Source of the DNA: Octopus bimaculoides
Taxonomy: Eukaryota
Assembly: GCF_001194135.2 (NCBI RefSeq)
Contig: NC_068988.1
Location: 73,519,923-73,557,693, forward strand
Reading direction: 5' to 3'
DNA length: 37,771 nucleotides
The translations under genes were made by a program, and so were the position numbers. Every line of letters begins with the position of its first letter. Position 1 is the first letter of the stretch. Below are positions 35,428 to 37,771 of this stretch, in pieces. Under the pieces are notes generated by a model. That model saw only the letters and a program-made list of their open reading frames with translations. It was not told the origin of the DNA and did no database searches.

Positions 35428-37378
35428 TCATAACTGGCTACTCAAGGTCCTTGAGATATATAAGATCTCTCCTGTTGTCTCCAAATTCTTACAAGGTAGA
35501 ATGGCCAAGTGGAACACACGTCTCCTTCTAAACCATAGTAATGGGATGAGCCAATCCAACAACATCAACATCAAGCTAGATCTCATCTTTCGAGGTGACT
35601 CCCTCTCCCCATTACTCTTTTGCATGTCATTGATCCCACTCTCAAATGAACTGAATAGCACCAGGTATGGGTTCAACGTATATGATATTACAATAAACCA
35701 TCTGTTTTATATGGACGATCTGAATCTGTTTGCTAGAAATGACAAAGAGTCAGTAGGGCTGCTAACAACTGTTAAAGAGTTCAGCAATGACATCGGGATG
35801 GATTTTGGCCTTGATAAATGTGCTAAAGCAACTTTTGTAAGAGGCAAACTCAGGCAAACAGCTTCCATTTAATTAGATACCGACATTATCATCAAGCAGC
35901 TTGACCCACAAGAAAGTTTAAAATACCTGGAGATAAACGAAGGGGATGATATACAACATGCTACTATGAAGGAAAAAATAAAAAAGAAGTATTACAGGAG
36001 AATAAGACTCATACTAAAGTGTCTTCTCATACTAAAACCTGAACTCAACTCTAAAAACGTAACGAAGCCATTAACACCCTGGCACTTCCAGTAGACCAAT
36101 ATAGTTTTAACATCATTAACTGGAGTCTTACAGAGCTCCAACGCCTGGACAGGAAGACAAGAAAACCACTAACATTTAAGAACATGCCCCACCCAAAATC
36201 AGACGTTGATCGTCTGTCCCAACCTAGAAGTAATGGGGAAGAGGAATGATGCAGGGAGAACTGTACTATAAGACCTCCACAATAGCAATGAACAAGTACT
36301 TATCTAGTACAGAGGACTGGATGTTTGTGCGCAAACACGAAAGCAGCAAAAAAAAAAAAAAATTACATTATATTGTCTTGTCAAGGAAGCTTGCAATTTC
36401 TCAAGGGAACTCGGCATTAACCCTGAATTAGATGAGGAGCCTGAAACCACTGCCACAAAACAAGCAAAATGGATCAAGCAGACTGCAAAAAAGAACGGGC
36501 AGAAGCAAACTGAGGAGCGGTTGAGCTAGTAGCCTCAGAATAGACAGTATATACTTCGTAGTCGAAATGCTGATGTAGACCAAGCAACAACCCATCAGTG
36601 GCTGAGAATTTCAGGACTGAAAGCAGAGGCTGAAGGCTTCATATTGGCAGCACAAGATCAAAGTTTGCTTACCAAAAATTATCAGGCTAACGTTCTTCAA
36701 AACGATTCTCACCCTAGATTCTGCGACACATCTGACGAAAGAAATCGCCACGCTAGGGTTGGACAGTATTTACATTGGAAGATATGTAAACACTACAAAA
36801 TCAGAACTCCTGCTTACTGGTATAAACATCATCCTGAGCCAGTCGTTGAAGGTAAAATTGTCACTATCCTCTGGGATTTTCCAGTCAACATTGACAGAAC
36901 GATCCAGGATAATCGACCTGTCATAATCGACAAGGAAGAAAATACTTGTAGACTCTTAGATGTAAGTGTTCCTACTGATAAAAATATATCTGTAAAGGAA
37001 TTTGACAAACGAAGTAAATATAAGGACCTGGAAATTGAAATTCAGAGATGTGGCATTTTAAAGCGAGAACTGTTCTTATTATTGTAGGTGCCCTAGGCAT
37101 GATAAAAAAAAAAACGGATGTCAGAAACATCTAGATAAGGTCCCAGGAGAACCATGTCTCAGGGAAATCCAAAAGATTGTGCTGACAAGTACTGCCCACA
37201 TCCTTAGAAGAACCCTATCTATCTAAATGTCTGTGTTGTATTACATGAAGATATTTCGCTATTGCCCCTGCCAATTCCCCTCCCCAAGCTTTCATCTCTT
37301 ATCCTTCACTCACCCTAGGACGCCGGGTGTGTCTCGGCAAGTGACTGTAACAAACATGCAGATTAAAAGTAAAAAAAA
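35428..37378 (+). mobile_element. 5'-truncated R4/Dong-clade LINE (RT C-terminal half, RLE, 3' UTR)
   Basis: HNWLLKVL, RGDSLSPLLFC, NHLFYMDDLNLF, FGLDKCAK, KYL, GLKAEAEGFILAAQDQSL, HWKICK, WYKHHPE, ILWDF, NRP..IIDK..LLDVSVP, KYKDL; A-rich 3' end. Confidence 0.92.
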
Positions 37379-37424
37379 CAACGACGACGACAACGACGAC
37401 GATAATGATGATGATGATGATGAT

Positions 37425-37771
37425 GATCCCAAATCCACGGAAACGGAGAAACCACAAAACTATAGACCTATAACCTGTCTCCCTACGATCTACAAAGCCT
37501 TTACTGCAATAATATCGCAGAGATTGAGTAAACACCTGGAAAATAACAACCTGTTTCCAGAAGAGCAGAAGGGATGCTGCAAGGGCTCATACGGCTGTAA
37601 AGATCAATTATTGATCAATAAAGCCATAACTGAAGACAGCCGCAGAAAGAAGAAAGGCCTCAGTATGGCCTGGGTGGACTACCAAAAGGCTTTCGACAGT
37701 GTTCCCCACACGTGGATTCTGGAAACACTAGCCATAAACAAGGTGGCACCAATTATCATAAAATACATAGA
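37425..37771 (+). mobile_element. Second, 5'-truncated R4/Dong-clade LINE, RT N-terminal part, running off the window
   Basis: Stop-free frame PKSTETEKPQNYRPITCLPTIYK...EEQKGCCKGSYGCKDQLLINK...AWVDYQKAFDSVPHTWIL. Confidence 0.92.

Noticed and set aside
37340-37372. ACTGTAACAA shared between the R4 3' end and the SINE tail at ~2487-2500, suggesting a SINE-LINE partnership
   Set aside because: Only about 10 nt of identity in AT-rich sequence; insufficient.

Overview
AT-rich, microsatellite-dense eukaryotic (animal) DNA from a gapped draft assembly with seven N-runs. The SINE families and repeat style suggest an octopus or other coleoid cephalopod (recognised from memory, not by search). No intact protein-coding gene, rRNA, tRNA or CRISPR array is present, and most ORF-track entries are microsatellite artefacts. 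The window is mainly decayed transposable elements: many tRNA-derived SINE copies, four R4/Dong-type (RLE) non-LTR fragments, a Tx1-like LINE with an inverted ORF1, Tc1, maT (DD37D), mariner (DD34D), pogo/Tigger and hAT-Buster transposase remnants, and three MITEs with TIRs. Signals the TEs do not explain: three phase-compatible candidate + strand exons (3969-4079, 6747-6824, 24596-24651) that splice into one open, protein-like frame, a ~150-nt near-perfect palindrome, a degenerate minimal hammerhead-like motif, a GG-terminated MITE carrying (TAACCC)n, and several local duplications or inversions. Boundaries of degenerate elements are approximate.
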